Positions 1-8,160 of a DNA stretch of 38,335 bases are shown here, in pieces; within the stretch, counting starts at the first letter, position 1; the number at the start of each line of letters is the position of its first letter. The stretch covers positions 1 to 38,335 of the IMG/VR virus record IMGVR_UViG_3300032218_001136. One strand, 5' to 3'. A model generated the notes under the pieces. The model did not search any database. It was not told the DNA's origin and was given only the letters and a program-made list of their open reading frames with translations. Source of the DNA: a virus (taxonomy: Duplodnaviria > Caudoviricetes). The translations under genes were made by a program, and so were the position numbers.

Positions 1-123
1 GACTGTCCCTGTCACCAACCCGACTACTACGACAGTTCAAGAAACAACTACCACAACTACGACCTCGTCAACGACCACGACCACAGTGCCAGAAACGACA
101 AGTACACAAGAAACAATTTCAAC
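1..123. repeat. Terminal direct repeat (copy 1), most likely circular-assembly overlap
   Basis: Bases 1-123 (GACTGTCCCTGTCACC...AATTTCAAC) are identical to 38213-38335. The repeat lies inside a continuous ORF. Confidence 0.95.
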
Positions 124-892
124 GGTTACCTCAACTAGCCCTTCTTCCGTACCCCAAACATCATCAACAGAATCAGCGCCGACCACGACACAACCGCCAG
201 CAGTTCCAACACCTGTTACTCTCCCTCAAATATCTGAGCCAATACCCGACGTTACCGTGGTTCCCGTAGAGCCAGAGATAACCGAGACAGGGACCACAAC
301 GACGCTAGTAGAGGAACCCACCACAACGGCGATGCTTCCCGAAGAAACAACCACGACAACTGAACCATCCCCCGAGACTACATTCCAGCCAGTTGTAGAC
401 ACAACCCTACCAGAAGCCACGGACACCCCTCTAGAAGCCCCTCTAAGCGTCGAGGAAGTTGATTCGCTAATTGCAGAGGCAAAAACCACAGAAGCCCTTG
501 TAGAAGCCCTAGCCACCTTGACCCCTGAACAGGTATCTCAGGTTGTTGATGCAATCCTGGCCGCAGAACCCACACAAGAACAAGCCGTAGCATTGGCCAC
601 GAGCCAAGAAGTATTAGCGACTATCACCCAGGAACAAGCAACACAGATTTTTGAAACTTTGGATGTTGCCCAATTGTCAGACACTCAAACAGAAGAACTT
701 ATTGCAGCCGTGCAAGACGCACCAATTGAAGTACGTACTGCCTTCGAGTCCACTATCGACATCTTTAAAAATGCTTTAAATAGTTATGTACCTATTGGCT
801 CAAAAATCCCCGTAGGAACACGCCGTACACTAATTGCAGCAACGATAGGGGTATCCCTTGCCGCTGCAGGTACTAGACTTAAACGGAAATGA
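1..892 (+). CDS. C-terminal part of a junction-spanning secreted/membrane protein (Thr/Pro/Glu-rich stalk, acidic helical region, C-terminal hydrophobic segment)
   Basis: ORF 86..892 is in frame with the ORF starting at 37686 across the 123-bp overlap. It ends in LIAATIGVSLAAAG-TRLKRK, a hydrophobic segment plus basic tail. Confidence 0.85.
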   Translation, partial: TVPVTNPTTTTVQETTTTTTTSSTTTTTVPETTSTQETISTVTSTSPSSVPQTSSTESAPTTTQPPAVPTPVTLPQISEPIPDVTVVPVEPEITETGTTTTLVEEPTTTAMLPEETTTTTEPSPETTFQPVVDTTLPEATDTPLEAPLSVEEVDSLIAEAKTTEALVEALATLTPEQVSQVVDAILAAEPTQEQAVALATSQEVLATITQEQATQIFETLDVAQLSDTQTEELIAAVQDAPIEVRTAFESTIDIFKNALNSYVPIGSKIPVGTRRTLIAATIGVSLAAAGTRLKRK

Positions 893-1056
893 AAAAGATT
901 CTTGACTACATTTTAGATAACGCTTGGACATGGGCTGGAACAGGTATGGTTCTAATCACCTTATCTGGACCAACAATGCGTCAAGCAATCCTGATTACAG
1001 GCGTTGTGGTTTTGATACACTCAGCATTAACCCTCACGAAGAAAGACACAGAATGA
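889..1056 (+). CDS. Small membrane protein, 55 aa, two hydrophobic segments (holin-like candidate)
   Basis: Hand-translated: MKKILDYILDNAWTWAGTGMVLITLSGPTMRQAILITGVVVLIHSALTLTKKDTE. ATGA overlaps with both neighbours. Not in the ORF track. Confidence 0.75.
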   Translation: MKKILDYILDNAWTWAGTGMVLITLSGPTMRQAILITGVVVLIHSALTLTKKDTE

Positions 1057-1286
1057 AAAAGGCACAAGACATCGCAGGTCGAATCGTTGCAGTATTCCTT
1101 TCCTCAGCACTTGCAATCGTAGGCGGCAGCGCAGTAATCGCCCCTGAATTGCCTATTTACAAGAGCGCAATCCTCGCTGGTTTTGCTGCATGTGCATCAG
1201 TAATCCAAAAACTTGCTCAGGCTTCACTTGATGGCAAACTTACTGCCGAAGAAATTAACGCAGCATTTGGCGCCAAGGCTGAATAA
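1053..1286 (+). CDS. Putative holin, 77 aa, two TM segments
   Basis: True start is probably ATG 1053 (ATGA overlap) within ORF 924..1286. Hydrophobic IVAVFLSSALAIVGG and AILAGFAACASVI; directly upstream of the endolysin. Confidence 0.65.
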   Translation: MKKAQDIAGRIVAVFLSSALAIVGGSAVIAPELPIYKSAILAGFAACASVIQKLAQASLDGKLTAEEINAAFGAKAE

Positions 1287-1831
1287 TGACGCAGCCTGCA
1301 TGGCCCGTCAAACCAATTCACTGGTGTGAACATCTTAAAGGCAAGAAACCTTCTGAGATTACCCCAGTTATGGTCGCCCCCATTACGGGAGGTGGCAAGT
1401 TGGAAAAATGCGCTGCTGCGGCATGGGAAGAAATGGTCATCGCTGCTAAAGCGGATGGTATAGAACTTAAACCAACATCTGCTGGCGATGCACTACGCTC
1501 AATTGCACAGCAAACAGCAGGGTTTACTAGTCGATACCAGAAAGAACCTATTGCTGGTGCATCTACTAAGCATTGGAACAATGAAACATGGTATCTAAAG
1601 CCTGGTATGGCCATGCTTGCTACGCCATACGATGACCCAGCAAACGATAAAGCACGTGGTTCAAAACATTTGTATGGTATCGCTGTCGATGTTGCAAATG
1701 CTAACGGAAAAGTTTTGGCTTGGCTACTAGCACATGAAGTTTCATTTGGATTTTCGCATGAAGTTTTAGGTGATGCTTCTGGTAAAGGCGCAGAATCCTG
1801 GCATATACGTTTTGTCGGAAAGCCTGCTTGA
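1286..1831 (+). CDS. Endolysin, zinc peptidase M15 (VanY / D-Ala-D-Ala carboxypeptidase-like)
   Basis: Motifs SKHLYGIAVD (SxHxxGxAxD) and ESWH (ExWH); flanked by small membrane proteins. Confidence 0.85.
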   Translation: MTQPAWPVKPIHWCEHLKGKKPSEITPVMVAPITGGGKLEKCAAAAWEEMVIAAKADGIELKPTSAGDALRSIAQQTAGFTSRYQKEPIAGASTKHWNNETWYLKPGMAMLATPYDDPANDKARGSKHLYGIAVDVANANGKVLAWLLAHEVSFGFSHEVLGDASGKGAESWHIRFVGKPA

Positions 1832-1832
1832 T

Positions 1833-2054
1833 GTGGATGCCACTGGCTGGGCTGGCGTTTTTGCTGCTGTTGTCACTGGTGCTTTTGGTCTGCTAGCAGT
1901 CTTAATCCAACAGTTTAAGAAATCAAACTCAGAGGACCATGAAGTTGTTCAAGGTATCCTGAGGGTTATCCACAAGACACAGCAGCGCACTGAAGATAAA
2001 CTTGATAAAGTGTCTGACCGTTTGACGACTCATATAGAAAATCACAAAAACTAA
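1833..2054 (+). CDS. Lysis-cassette membrane protein (N-terminal TM, C-terminal coiled coil)
   Basis: GTG 1833 just after the endolysin stop, inside ORF 1770..2054. WAGVFAAVVTGAFGLLAVLI followed by an amphipathic tail ending LTTHIENHKN, as in actinophage lysis cassettes. Confidence 0.7.
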   Translation: MDATGWAGVFAAVVTGAFGLLAVLIQQFKKSNSEDHEVVQGILRVIHKTQQRTEDKLDKVSDRLTTHIENHKN

Positions 2055-2094
2055 TCGCATAACAGTTCCCCCGTCAGGTATCTTGGCAGGTCTT

Positions 2095-2247
2095 ATGACA
2101 AGGGATACGCTTTTCACAATCAGAAAATACCTAGTAACTGCAAGGGTTAGCCGCCCCGAAGAGGACGAATTTTTTCAAGCCTTACGGGAATTGGACAATC
2201 TGATTACGCAGGTATCTACTCCCAAACCGAAGCAACGGGTAGCATAG
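2095..2247 (+). CDS. Hypothetical protein, 50 aa
   Basis: Hand-translated: MTRDTLFTIRKYLVTARVSRPEEDEFFQALRELDNLITQVSTPKPKQRVA; fills the gap between genes. Confidence 0.55.
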   Translation: MTRDTLFTIRKYLVTARVSRPEEDEFFQALRELDNLITQVSTPKPKQRVA

Positions 2248-2251
2248 AACC

Positions 2252-2383
2252 ATGTCCACTCAGGATTGGTTGCTCTGCCCAAATTGTGATAACAGTTGGT
2301 CGGTGGACCAGGGTAAGTACTGCCCTATCTGCAAAGTGAAAGGGGTACACGATGAGCCAACAGGAAATTCTGACATCGACTAA
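2252..2383 (+). CDS. Small zinc-ribbon protein, 43 aa
   Basis: Hand-translated: MSTQDWLLCPNCDNSWSVDQGKYCPICKVKGVHDEPTGNSDID (two CxxC). TAGCAT 6 nt before the ATG suggests a leaderless transcript. Confidence 0.6.
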   Translation: MSTQDWLLCPNCDNSWSVDQGKYCPICKVKGVHDEPTGNSDID

Positions 2384-2627
2384 CTACTCTGTTGTTCACG
2401 TTAAGTGGGCAGATACGCATTTGTCTGAAGGTGGATGGTTGATATTGGCAGACTATGAAGACGATGGCGAGTGCATTGTAGATTCCGTTGGCTATTTAAT
2501 CCCAGTTGGAGATGCGGGTTCTAAAGATAAACACGTGACGATTTGGCAAACTTTGTGTAAGGAAGAAGGCATACACGCAATTCATATCCCAGTGGGAATG
2601 GTGCGTGAAATAAAAATCTTGGAGTAA
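2352..2627 (+). CDS. Hypothetical phage protein (WxD..GW motif)
   Basis: 91-aa ORF with RBS AAGGGG upstream; VxVxWxD...GW...SVGYL pattern seen in small phage proteins. Confidence 0.7.
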   Translation: MSQQEILTSTNYSVVHVKWADTHLSEGGWLILADYEDDGECIVDSVGYLIPVGDAGSKDKHVTIWQTLCKEEGIHAIHIPVGMVREIKILE

Positions 2628-2630
2628 TGC

Positions 2631-2659
2631 TTGACAGTGATACCATTAGTCTGTAAGGT
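2631..2659 (+). promoter_or_regulatory. SigA/sigma70-type promoter for the recombination module
   Basis: TTGACA (2631-2636), 17 nt spacer, TAAGGT (2654-2659). Confidence 0.7.
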
Positions 2660-2694
2660 GATACATGAAGTCACCACAACGAAGGGAATCGTCA

Positions 2695-3651
2695 ATGAAT
2701 ATCAAGCGATATCGCATCACCAAGCCAACTCACGGAGAACAAGACTGGCTTGACATCCGTTTCTGGGATGAAAATAAAAAGAAGCGAGTGTCAGCATCAG
2801 CAGTAGCCGCTATCTACGGACTGCACCCATTTGTCCCAGCCGAGAAATATGCTGCGGAATTACTAGGTGATATACCCCCTGCGCCTATCCCGCCATCTTG
2901 GGCAATGACACGAGGCAACGACCTCGAACCATTGTGCATTACCTGGGGCATACAACGCACTGGTATTCAGTGGACAACACCAGAAGAAATGTTTGTTGCA
3001 GAAACAGACACAGGCGCACGAATGATTGCCACCCTTGACGGTTTCTTTGAGGACGGTGACACCAGAATGATTCTGGAAATCAAGACAATGAACCGTGAAT
3101 GGTCTGGCCAATTGCCCAACTACTGGCTTATCCAGGGTATTCAGCAGGCTATCTGCGCTGATGTAGACAAGGTGACTTGGGGTGTATTTGACTCCAGCAT
3201 GACATTCTATATTCACGAACAGTTGATTACAGAGGAAGAGAAGCAGGAACATTGTGATGCTGTTGCCCAGTGGTTGGCTTCGGTGGATATGGGAATGACC
3301 CCCGATGGTGTGCATTGGTCATATGAAACCATCACTGCCCGTTACCAACGTCCAACTGACACAACAATTGAACTTGACAGCAGTGTTAAAGACCTGATAG
3401 CAAGGTTGAAGCACGTGAAATCAGAACTCAAATCTTATGGGGAACTAGAGAACCAACTCAAAGCAGAACTCTGTGACCTCATCGGACCAAACGAATACGC
3501 AACCGTAGATGGGAACGTAGTTGCAACCTGGAAAGGAAAAACGTGGGCCAGTCTTGACATCAAAGCGCTTAAAACCTACGAACCTGACCTTTGTGCAAAA
3601 TATAGTAAGCCAGTAACCAATAGAACACTTCTCTTGAAGGGAGAAAAATAA
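2695..3651 (+). CDS. YqaJ-like viral recombinase / lambda-type exonuclease
   Basis: WLDIR...VSASAVAAIYG, RGNDLEP, ATLDG, ILEIKT and Q-GIQQ motifs. RBS GAAGGG favours ATG 2695 over 2665. Confidence 0.88.
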   Translation: MNIKRYRITKPTHGEQDWLDIRFWDENKKKRVSASAVAAIYGLHPFVPAEKYAAELLGDIPPAPIPPSWAMTRGNDLEPLCITWGIQRTGIQWTTPEEMFVAETDTGARMIATLDGFFEDGDTRMILEIKTMNREWSGQLPNYWLIQGIQQAICADVDKVTWGVFDSSMTFYIHEQLITEEEKQEHCDAVAQWLASVDMGMTPDGVHWSYETITARYQRPTDTTIELDSSVKDLIARLKHVKSELKSYGELENQLKAELCDLIGPNEYATVDGNVVATWKGKTWASLDIKALKTYEPDLCAKYSKPVTNRTLLLKGEK

Positions 3652-4283
3652 TGAAACTAGAAGAAATATTAGGTAAGTATGGAGTCCCAGATAAATCATT
3701 GATTGGAAAACTGCCACGTGGTGGAAGTTCGCTTGACTTTGTGGGACACGCTGATGTAACTAAAATGCTTATTGAAATTGATAGTGAGTGGACATGGGAA
3801 CCAACTGCATTTGATGTCAATGGTTTGCCTGCTTACCGTGTCGAAAATGGCATGGCACATATGGCAGGATGGATGACCATTCACGGTGTGCGCCGTTTGG
3901 GTATCGGTTCAGTCCAAGCATCTAAGCCAGACTTGCTCAAAGAATTGGCTAGCGACTTCATCCGTAATGCGGCCATGCGTTTTGGTGTATGTCTCTCGTT
4001 GTGGACAAAGCAAGAGTGGGACGATGTAGCACCAAGTGCTACGCCAATCAAGCAAACCGTCAAGGAAGCCAAACCAGCACCAATAAAGGCTGAACCAGAA
4101 GCAGATAAGGCGCTCACTTCTGCACAAGTAAAACAGTTTGTTGATGCCTGCGACAAGATTGGCCTTGACCCAGCAATCGTGGCAAGCAAAGCAAAATTAA
4201 ACTGGGACGCTGAAATTATGCAATCACAGTTGCCATTGTTGCGTGACGCTTTCACTGCACTTAAGAATGAGACGGCCAACTAA
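3651..4283 (+). CDS. Rad52/Sak-like single-strand annealing protein
   Basis: LDFVGHADV...WTWE...SDFIRNAAMRFGVCLSLW matches the Rad52/Rad22 family pattern; translationally coupled to the exonuclease. Confidence 0.78.
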   Translation: MKLEEILGKYGVPDKSLIGKLPRGGSSLDFVGHADVTKMLIEIDSEWTWEPTAFDVNGLPAYRVENGMAHMAGWMTIHGVRRLGIGSVQASKPDLLKELASDFIRNAAMRFGVCLSLWTKQEWDDVAPSATPIKQTVKEAKPAPIKAEPEADKALTSAQVKQFVDACDKIGLDPAIVASKAKLNWDAEIMQSQLPLLRDAFTALKNETAN

Positions 4284-4468
4284 TGGCTGCATCACGGACA
4301 GTAGACCCAGAAGGCAAGTCACGTTCTGCACGAATGGTATCGCTACGCCTCACACTGGAACAGATGGACACCATTGCAGAATTATGTAAACAGCGTGGTG
4401 TAGGTCGAAGCAAACTCATTCGTGAGTTGTTGCGCGAGGAGTGGATACGTGTCCAAACAAAGGGCTAA
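4283..4468 (+). CDS. Ribbon-helix-helix DNA-binding protein
   Basis: MVSLRLTLEQMDTIAELCKQRGVGRSKLIRELL shows the beta-helix-helix CopG-like pattern. Confidence 0.75.
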   Translation: MAASRTVDPEGKSRSARMVSLRLTLEQMDTIAELCKQRGVGRSKLIRELLREEWIRVQTKG

Positions 4469-4784
4469 AGGCACATCATTTGAGACGTTCATTGTGAACT
4501 ACCTCAAAAACTTCTATCCGTTTGTAGAACGCAGAACACTACATGGAACTCTTGATAAGGGAGACATCGCTGGCACAGACCCACGTCTTGTATGGGAATG
4601 TAAAAACCAGAAAACCCTGGAGTTTTCAGCGTGGCTACATGAAGCAGAGAATGAACGGAAAAACGCTAGCGCTGAACTTGGAATTGTTGTAGCCAAACGC
4701 AGAAATTATGGTAACCCAGCAGACCAATACGCAGTATTAAGACTAGAAGACCTAATGAAAATACTTAAACAGGCAGGATATTAA
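4449..4784 (+). CDS. Holliday junction resolvase (Hjc-like PD-(D/E)XK)
   Basis: KGTSFE...DKGDIAG...VWECKN motifs; GTG 4449 preceded by GAGGA. Confidence 0.8.
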   Translation: MSKQRAKGTSFETFIVNYLKNFYPFVERRTLHGTLDKGDIAGTDPRLVWECKNQKTLEFSAWLHEAENERKNASAELGIVVAKRRNYGNPADQYAVLRLEDLMKILKQAGY

Positions 4785-4951
4785 TGACAAACCTTACAGA
4801 AAAAACTATAGCAGAACTTGTGGCCGAAGTAAAAAAGTGGCGGCTAATTGCAACAGCACTTGTTGAAGCAAACTATGAACGTGATGGAATACAAATGAAC
4901 CATGCAGTTGCTGCATACGAAGAAGCCTGGGTAACAATCAACGATGATTGA
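4784..4951 (+). CDS. Hypothetical protein, 55 aa
   Basis: Hand-translated MTNLTEKTIAELVAEVKKWRLIATALVEANYERDGIQMNHAVAAYEEAWVTINDD; TAATG coupling to the upstream gene. Confidence 0.65.
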   Translation: MTNLTEKTIAELVAEVKKWRLIATALVEANYERDGIQMNHAVAAYEEAWVTINDD

Positions 4952-5378
4952 GCGCACTGAAGGTTACGTCCCTTCGCACGACATCAAAGCATTTGACTTT
5001 ACCAAAGACTTAGAGTTCGGACATCAAGGCGAAGAACTTGTACTTACATTTCTTAAAGACCTGAGCAACGGTTCATTTGAAGTGAAGTATGACAGATACC
5101 GAAACGGTAGAATGTTTATAGAATTTGAGCAAAACCCGCGCAATACAGGGTGGAAACGAAGCGGCATACAAATCACAACTGCTAAGTGGTGGGTGTATTT
5201 GTTTGCGCCCAATGCTTTTGTTATAGTAGAGACAGACAGATTGCGCCGCTACATACACGAAAACAGAGAGAAGTTACCTCAGAGAATTGCGGCAAGCCAG
5301 TCAGACAACCCAGCGAAAGGATATCTCGTATACCCAGAAGCAGTAAAGGAGTTGATGTCTTTATCCATCTACGATTGA
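4944..5378 (+). CDS. Putative PD-(D/E)XK nuclease-like protein
   Basis: G..GEE, FEVKYD, G.MFIE and SGI..T.A.WW pattern of restriction-endonuclease-fold phage proteins. Confidence 0.55.
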   Translation: MIERTEGYVPSHDIKAFDFTKDLEFGHQGEELVLTFLKDLSNGSFEVKYDRYRNGRMFIEFEQNPRNTGWKRSGIQITTAKWWVYLFAPNAFVIVETDRLRRYIHENREKLPQRIAASQSDNPAKGYLVYPEAVKELMSLSIYD

Positions 5379-5384
5379 GGAAAA

Positions 5385-5861
5385 ATGAAGAAACAAATAG
5401 CGCTAATTTCATTAGGAGTTTTATTACTTGCCAATCCAGCACTAGCCAAAGCACCAGCAGATAGCCAGAGCCAACCGTCAAGTACCGTAAATAGCAGAGC
5501 AGTAAGAGAAGAACCACTACCACCACCGCCAGTAACAGCAAAGGCGGGCCAATGGTGGGAGTTAGCACGAAGGGTGGGCTGGACAGAAGCAAATCTTCCA
5601 ACCCTGGATTACATCATTTACAGAGAAAGCAAGGGAGACCCAAACGTATGGAACAAGCAAGACCCAATGGGGGGAAGCCGTTGCTTAGTCCAGATAAATG
5701 GGTTCTGGACAAAGTTTCTACGCCAACAAGGAGTATTGAACAAAGCCAACGACCTATTCGACCCAGCCACTTGTCTCACTGCGGCTCTAGCCATCTACCA
5801 ATACGAGGTGGACAATTACGGGTGGGGCTTTGGGCCTTGGGGTATTACACCCAACCACTAG
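5385..5861 (+). CDS. Secreted lytic transglycosylase (SLT/lysozyme-like)
   Basis: Signal peptide MKKQIALISLGVLLLANPALA, Ser/Pro linker, catalytic IIYRES, CLVQIN (GLxQ-like) and GFGPW. Confidence 0.78.
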   Translation: MKKQIALISLGVLLLANPALAKAPADSQSQPSSTVNSRAVREEPLPPPPVTAKAGQWWELARRVGWTEANLPTLDYIIYRESKGDPNVWNKQDPMGGSRCLVQINGFWTKFLRQQGVLNKANDLFDPATCLTAALAIYQYEVDNYGWGFGPWGITPNH

Positions 5862-5871
5862 GGTTATCTAT

Positions 5872-6018
5872 ATGAGAGGGGATACCAAAAGCGAATGGGT
5901 ATGCAGTGAATGTACCATGCGCTTAGTCACCTACGTCAAAGTCTCAGAACCGCCTACCCATGTATGCGTGAAGAGGGATAGTAAAAACAAAATCCAACCA
6001 CTAACAGAAAGTAAATGA
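5872..6018 (+). CDS. Small Zn-finger-like protein, 48 aa
   Basis: MRGDTKSEWVCSECTMRL...PPTHVC (CxxC...HxC); ATG 5872 inside ORF 5830..6018. Confidence 0.6.
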   Translation: MRGDTKSEWVCSECTMRLVTYVKVSEPPTHVCVKRDSKNKIQPLTESK

Positions 6019-6019
6019 C

Positions 6020-6421
6020 ATGAATAACATCACCATTGTCGGCAATGCTGGCAAACCTATTGAGTTGAAATACACCCCAGGCGGCATGGCTTCGGGGTCA
6101 TTCTCCGTTGCTACTACATCAGGCAAAGATGAAAAGAAAGTTACCGTCTGGCACAATGTCACTGTCTTTGGGCAGATGGCAGAACACGCTGCTGCTTCAA
6201 TCGAAAAGGGTTCACGAGTAATTGTTGTAGGCAAACTTGATATCTCGTCATACGAAAACAAAGAAGGTGTCAAGGTTTGGACAACCAAGATACTTGCAGA
6301 TGAAGTTGGCCTTACAATGCGCTTCAATGCAGTGTTTGCAGATAAGACGGAGAAGAACCTGGCGATAGTCAAGGAAAAGTTTGGTGCAATTCCATTCATG
6401 TCAGATGAAGAGCCGTTCTAA
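6020..6421 (+). CDS. ssb: Single-stranded DNA-binding protein
   Basis: ITIVGN...ELKYTPGG...WHNVTVFG..AE...KGSRVIVVGKL, with acidic C-terminus DEEPF. Confidence 0.95.
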   Translation: MNNITIVGNAGKPIELKYTPGGMASGSFSVATTSGKDEKKVTVWHNVTVFGQMAEHAAASIEKGSRVIVVGKLDISSYENKEGVKVWTTKILADEVGLTMRFNAVFADKTEKNLAIVKEKFGAIPFMSDEEPF

Positions 6422-6672
6422 TGGACTTGCTCAAAATATCTTTTGACCAATGGCTTGAGATAGGACTGAGGGCTGGACATTGTTCGCCCCCAGTCTGCTC
6501 TACCCATGACGGTATTCCACAGACCATTACGGAAGACGTGGAGTTTATGGAAGGTTCAGACCCCTGCGTATTTGTTATTCGTCCTTACTCAGACAAAGAA
6601 GAGAAGGAAGCAGTAGAAGCCAACTCGCTACCTACACAATGGAGAAACCCTTTTCATGGCGACATCAATTGA
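6421..6672 (+). CDS. Hypothetical protein with C-x4-C-x2-H...C pattern
   Basis: 83-aa ORF coupled to ssb; CSPPVCSTHDGIP...DPC. Confidence 0.7.
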   Translation: MDLLKISFDQWLEIGLRAGHCSPPVCSTHDGIPQTITEDVEFMEGSDPCVFVIRPYSDKEEKEAVEANSLPTQWRNPFHGDIN

Positions 6673-6976
6673 CGGTGCAGACATTCTTGTAGAGGCTTAC
6701 AACCTCATTACAGGTGACAGGCATGATGCTTACAACCACCCGTTGTATGACTATCAACAGACCAGAGATATCTTTGAGGCAATGACAGGAATTGACCTTA
6801 CTGTTGAACAAGCAATCTTGTTCATGGTGGCAGTCAAGTTATCACGTTTGCGTACTGCATTAGACGAGGGCAAATGGGCACACGACACAGTTGTAGATGT
6901 CGCTGGGTACATTGGTTGTCTATCTATGGTGAACCAGGCTCGTACTGCGTGGCACATACCAATCAAGGCCGACTGA
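6656..6976 (+). CDS. DUF6378-like protein
   Basis: ILVEAYNLITGDRHDAY..P, MVAVKLSRL and HDTVVDVAGY match the recalled family pattern. Confidence 0.7.
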   Translation: MATSIDGADILVEAYNLITGDRHDAYNHPLYDYQQTRDIFEAMTGIDLTVEQAILFMVAVKLSRLRTALDEGKWAHDTVVDVAGYIGCLSMVNQARTAWHIPIKAD

Positions 6977-7074
6977 TGATAGCCAAGGGTGAGCGTAAAC
7001 CGTGCGACTGTGATGAATTGGTAAGGGGCAACGTCACATACTGCGGCAAGCCAGAAGAAGATGATGACGACTGA
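6976..7074 (+). CDS. Tiny Cys-containing protein, 32 aa
   Basis: TGATG coupling; MIAKGERKPCDCDELVRGNVTYCGKPEEDDDD. Confidence 0.45.
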   Translation: MIAKGERKPCDCDELVRGNVTYCGKPEEDDDD

Positions 7075-7261
7075 GTTCCCATCAGGAAACTGCGTCCACC
7101 CTTGCAAGCACCAGGGTATATGCGACCATTGTGGAACTATCTCCAATGCTGTTGCTGTATGGACAGACTTCGAGATAGAAGGGTGCAACTGCCTGTGCCA
7201 TCAAGCCAGAAAACTATTTGTAACCAACATAACTAAAAAGAAAAAGGGGAGTAAGAAGTGA
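7061..7261 (+). CDS. Cys-rich hypothetical protein
   Basis: CVHPCKH...CDHC...CNCLCH, basic C-terminus; GTGA overlap with whiB. Confidence 0.6.
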   Translation: MMTTEFPSGNCVHPCKHQGICDHCGTISNAVAVWTDFEIEGCNCLCHQARKLFVTNITKKKKGSKK

Positions 7262-7518
7262 CGATTACCAAAACCGAATGGTACGAAGAGGCCAACTGTA
7301 AAGGAATGAACGGTGACATATTCTTCCCAGAAGTACCGATTGGTATTTCGCATAAGGGTTTATTTGATGAGGCTAAAAAAGTCTGCTCGACCTGTCCAGT
7401 AAAGAAACGCTGTCTTGATTTTGCAATGGCAATGGAAGTAAACGACATTAGAAGGTTCGGTATTTGGGGTGGCCTAACCCCTCGTGAAAGAGACAGTTTG
7501 TACAAGAAAAAAAAGTAG
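7258..7518 (+). CDS. whiB: WhiB-family Fe-S transcription factor
   Basis: W..EANC...IFFP...AKKVCSTCPVKKRCL...GIWGGLTPRER: four Cys plus the G(I/V)WGG turn. Confidence 0.95.
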   Translation: MTITKTEWYEEANCKGMNGDIFFPEVPIGISHKGLFDEAKKVCSTCPVKKRCLDFAMAMEVNDIRRFGIWGGLTPRERDSLYKKKK

Positions 7519-7568
7519 CCACGCTACAACGTTCAGGAAGGGGAATACCGAACGGAGCGTGGCTACTT
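7504..7568 (-). terminator. Intrinsic terminator at the convergence of the two operons
   Basis: 13-bp inverted repeat AAGTAGCCACGCT (7513-7525) / AGCGTGGCTACTT (7556-7568), inner CGTTC/GAACG pairing, U-tract on the minus strand. Confidence 0.7.
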
Positions 7569-7586
7569 ACTAACGGTAGCACATAT

Positions 7587-7862
7587 TTATTTGACTTGCT
7601 CTACCCCATATGTGCAGTGTCGGTAAAGACTGCTGTTCTCTGCTGTTTCCATAGCCCCATCATATGTACGGAACTTATGGGCGTACTTGATGTCTGAAAA
7701 AGTGTGACCGCCGTAAGCGTCAGGGCCTCGCCAGTACCCATACCCTTTACCAAATACATACTTGCGAATAACGTATAGTCTCTTGGGTTTTTTATACCTG
7801 CCCATTTTTTTGTAATGCAAACCCCATATGAATCCTTGGTACATGGATAGGGGTGACTTCAC
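7587..7862 (-). CDS. Hypothetical basic protein
   Basis: 91-aa ORF; GTGA overlap with the upstream gene, RBS GAGGAG. Confidence 0.6.
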   Translation of the reverse strand: MKSPLSMYQGFIWGLHYKKMGRYKKPKRLYVIRKYVFGKGYGYWRGPDAYGGHTFSDIKYAHKFRTYDGAMETAENSSLYRHCTYGVEQVK

Positions 7863-7999
7863 TTCTTCTCCTCTCTTGGTTGTTCAGTAGATAGGTTTCC
7901 CCAACGCTGTTCGAGAATTTCAAGCACCTCTCGTGCCATACGGTCAGTCGTGACTACCGAGTTGATGTAGTCAGCCAGTGCCTCGTTCATAGTCCTCAT
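7859..7999 (-). CDS. Hypothetical protein, 46 aa
   Basis: Hand-translated MRTMNEALADYINSVVTTDRMAREVLEILEQRWGNLSTEQPREEKK; 4-nt overlaps on both sides. Confidence 0.65.
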   Translation of the reverse strand: MRTMNEALADYINSVVTTDRMAREVLEILEQRWGNLSTEQPREEKK

Positions 8000-8160
8000 G
8001 CCTTATCCCCCATGAACGGTGTTCCGTTGAGTGTCTCTCGTTCCATGCGCTCAAACCATGCGGGGTGCGCTCGCATTGCTCGCTTGCGCTTGGTTGTTTG
8101 TAGTTTGTGTGTGCTGTATCCAATAGTGAAATACAGTGCGGCTATCAGTACTGCGCTCAT
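7996..8160 (-). CDS. Small protein with N-terminal hydrophobic anchor, 54 aa
   Basis: Hand-translated MSAVLIAALYFTIGYSTHKLQTTKRKRAMRAHPAWFERMERETLNGTPFMGDKA; RBS AAGGAG. Confidence 0.65.
   Translation of the reverse strand: MSAVLIAALYFTIGYSTHKLQTTKRKRAMRAHPAWFERMERETLNGTPFMGDKA

Noticed and set aside
1-123. 123-bp terminal repeat as a biological direct terminal repeat
   Set aside because: It falls in the middle of a continuous reading frame, as expected for a circular-assembly overlap. Real termini cannot be determined from the sequence alone.
924-1052. N-terminal extension of ORF 924..1286
   Set aside because: It overlaps a better-supported coupled gene at 889..1056; the ATGA overlap points to start 1053.
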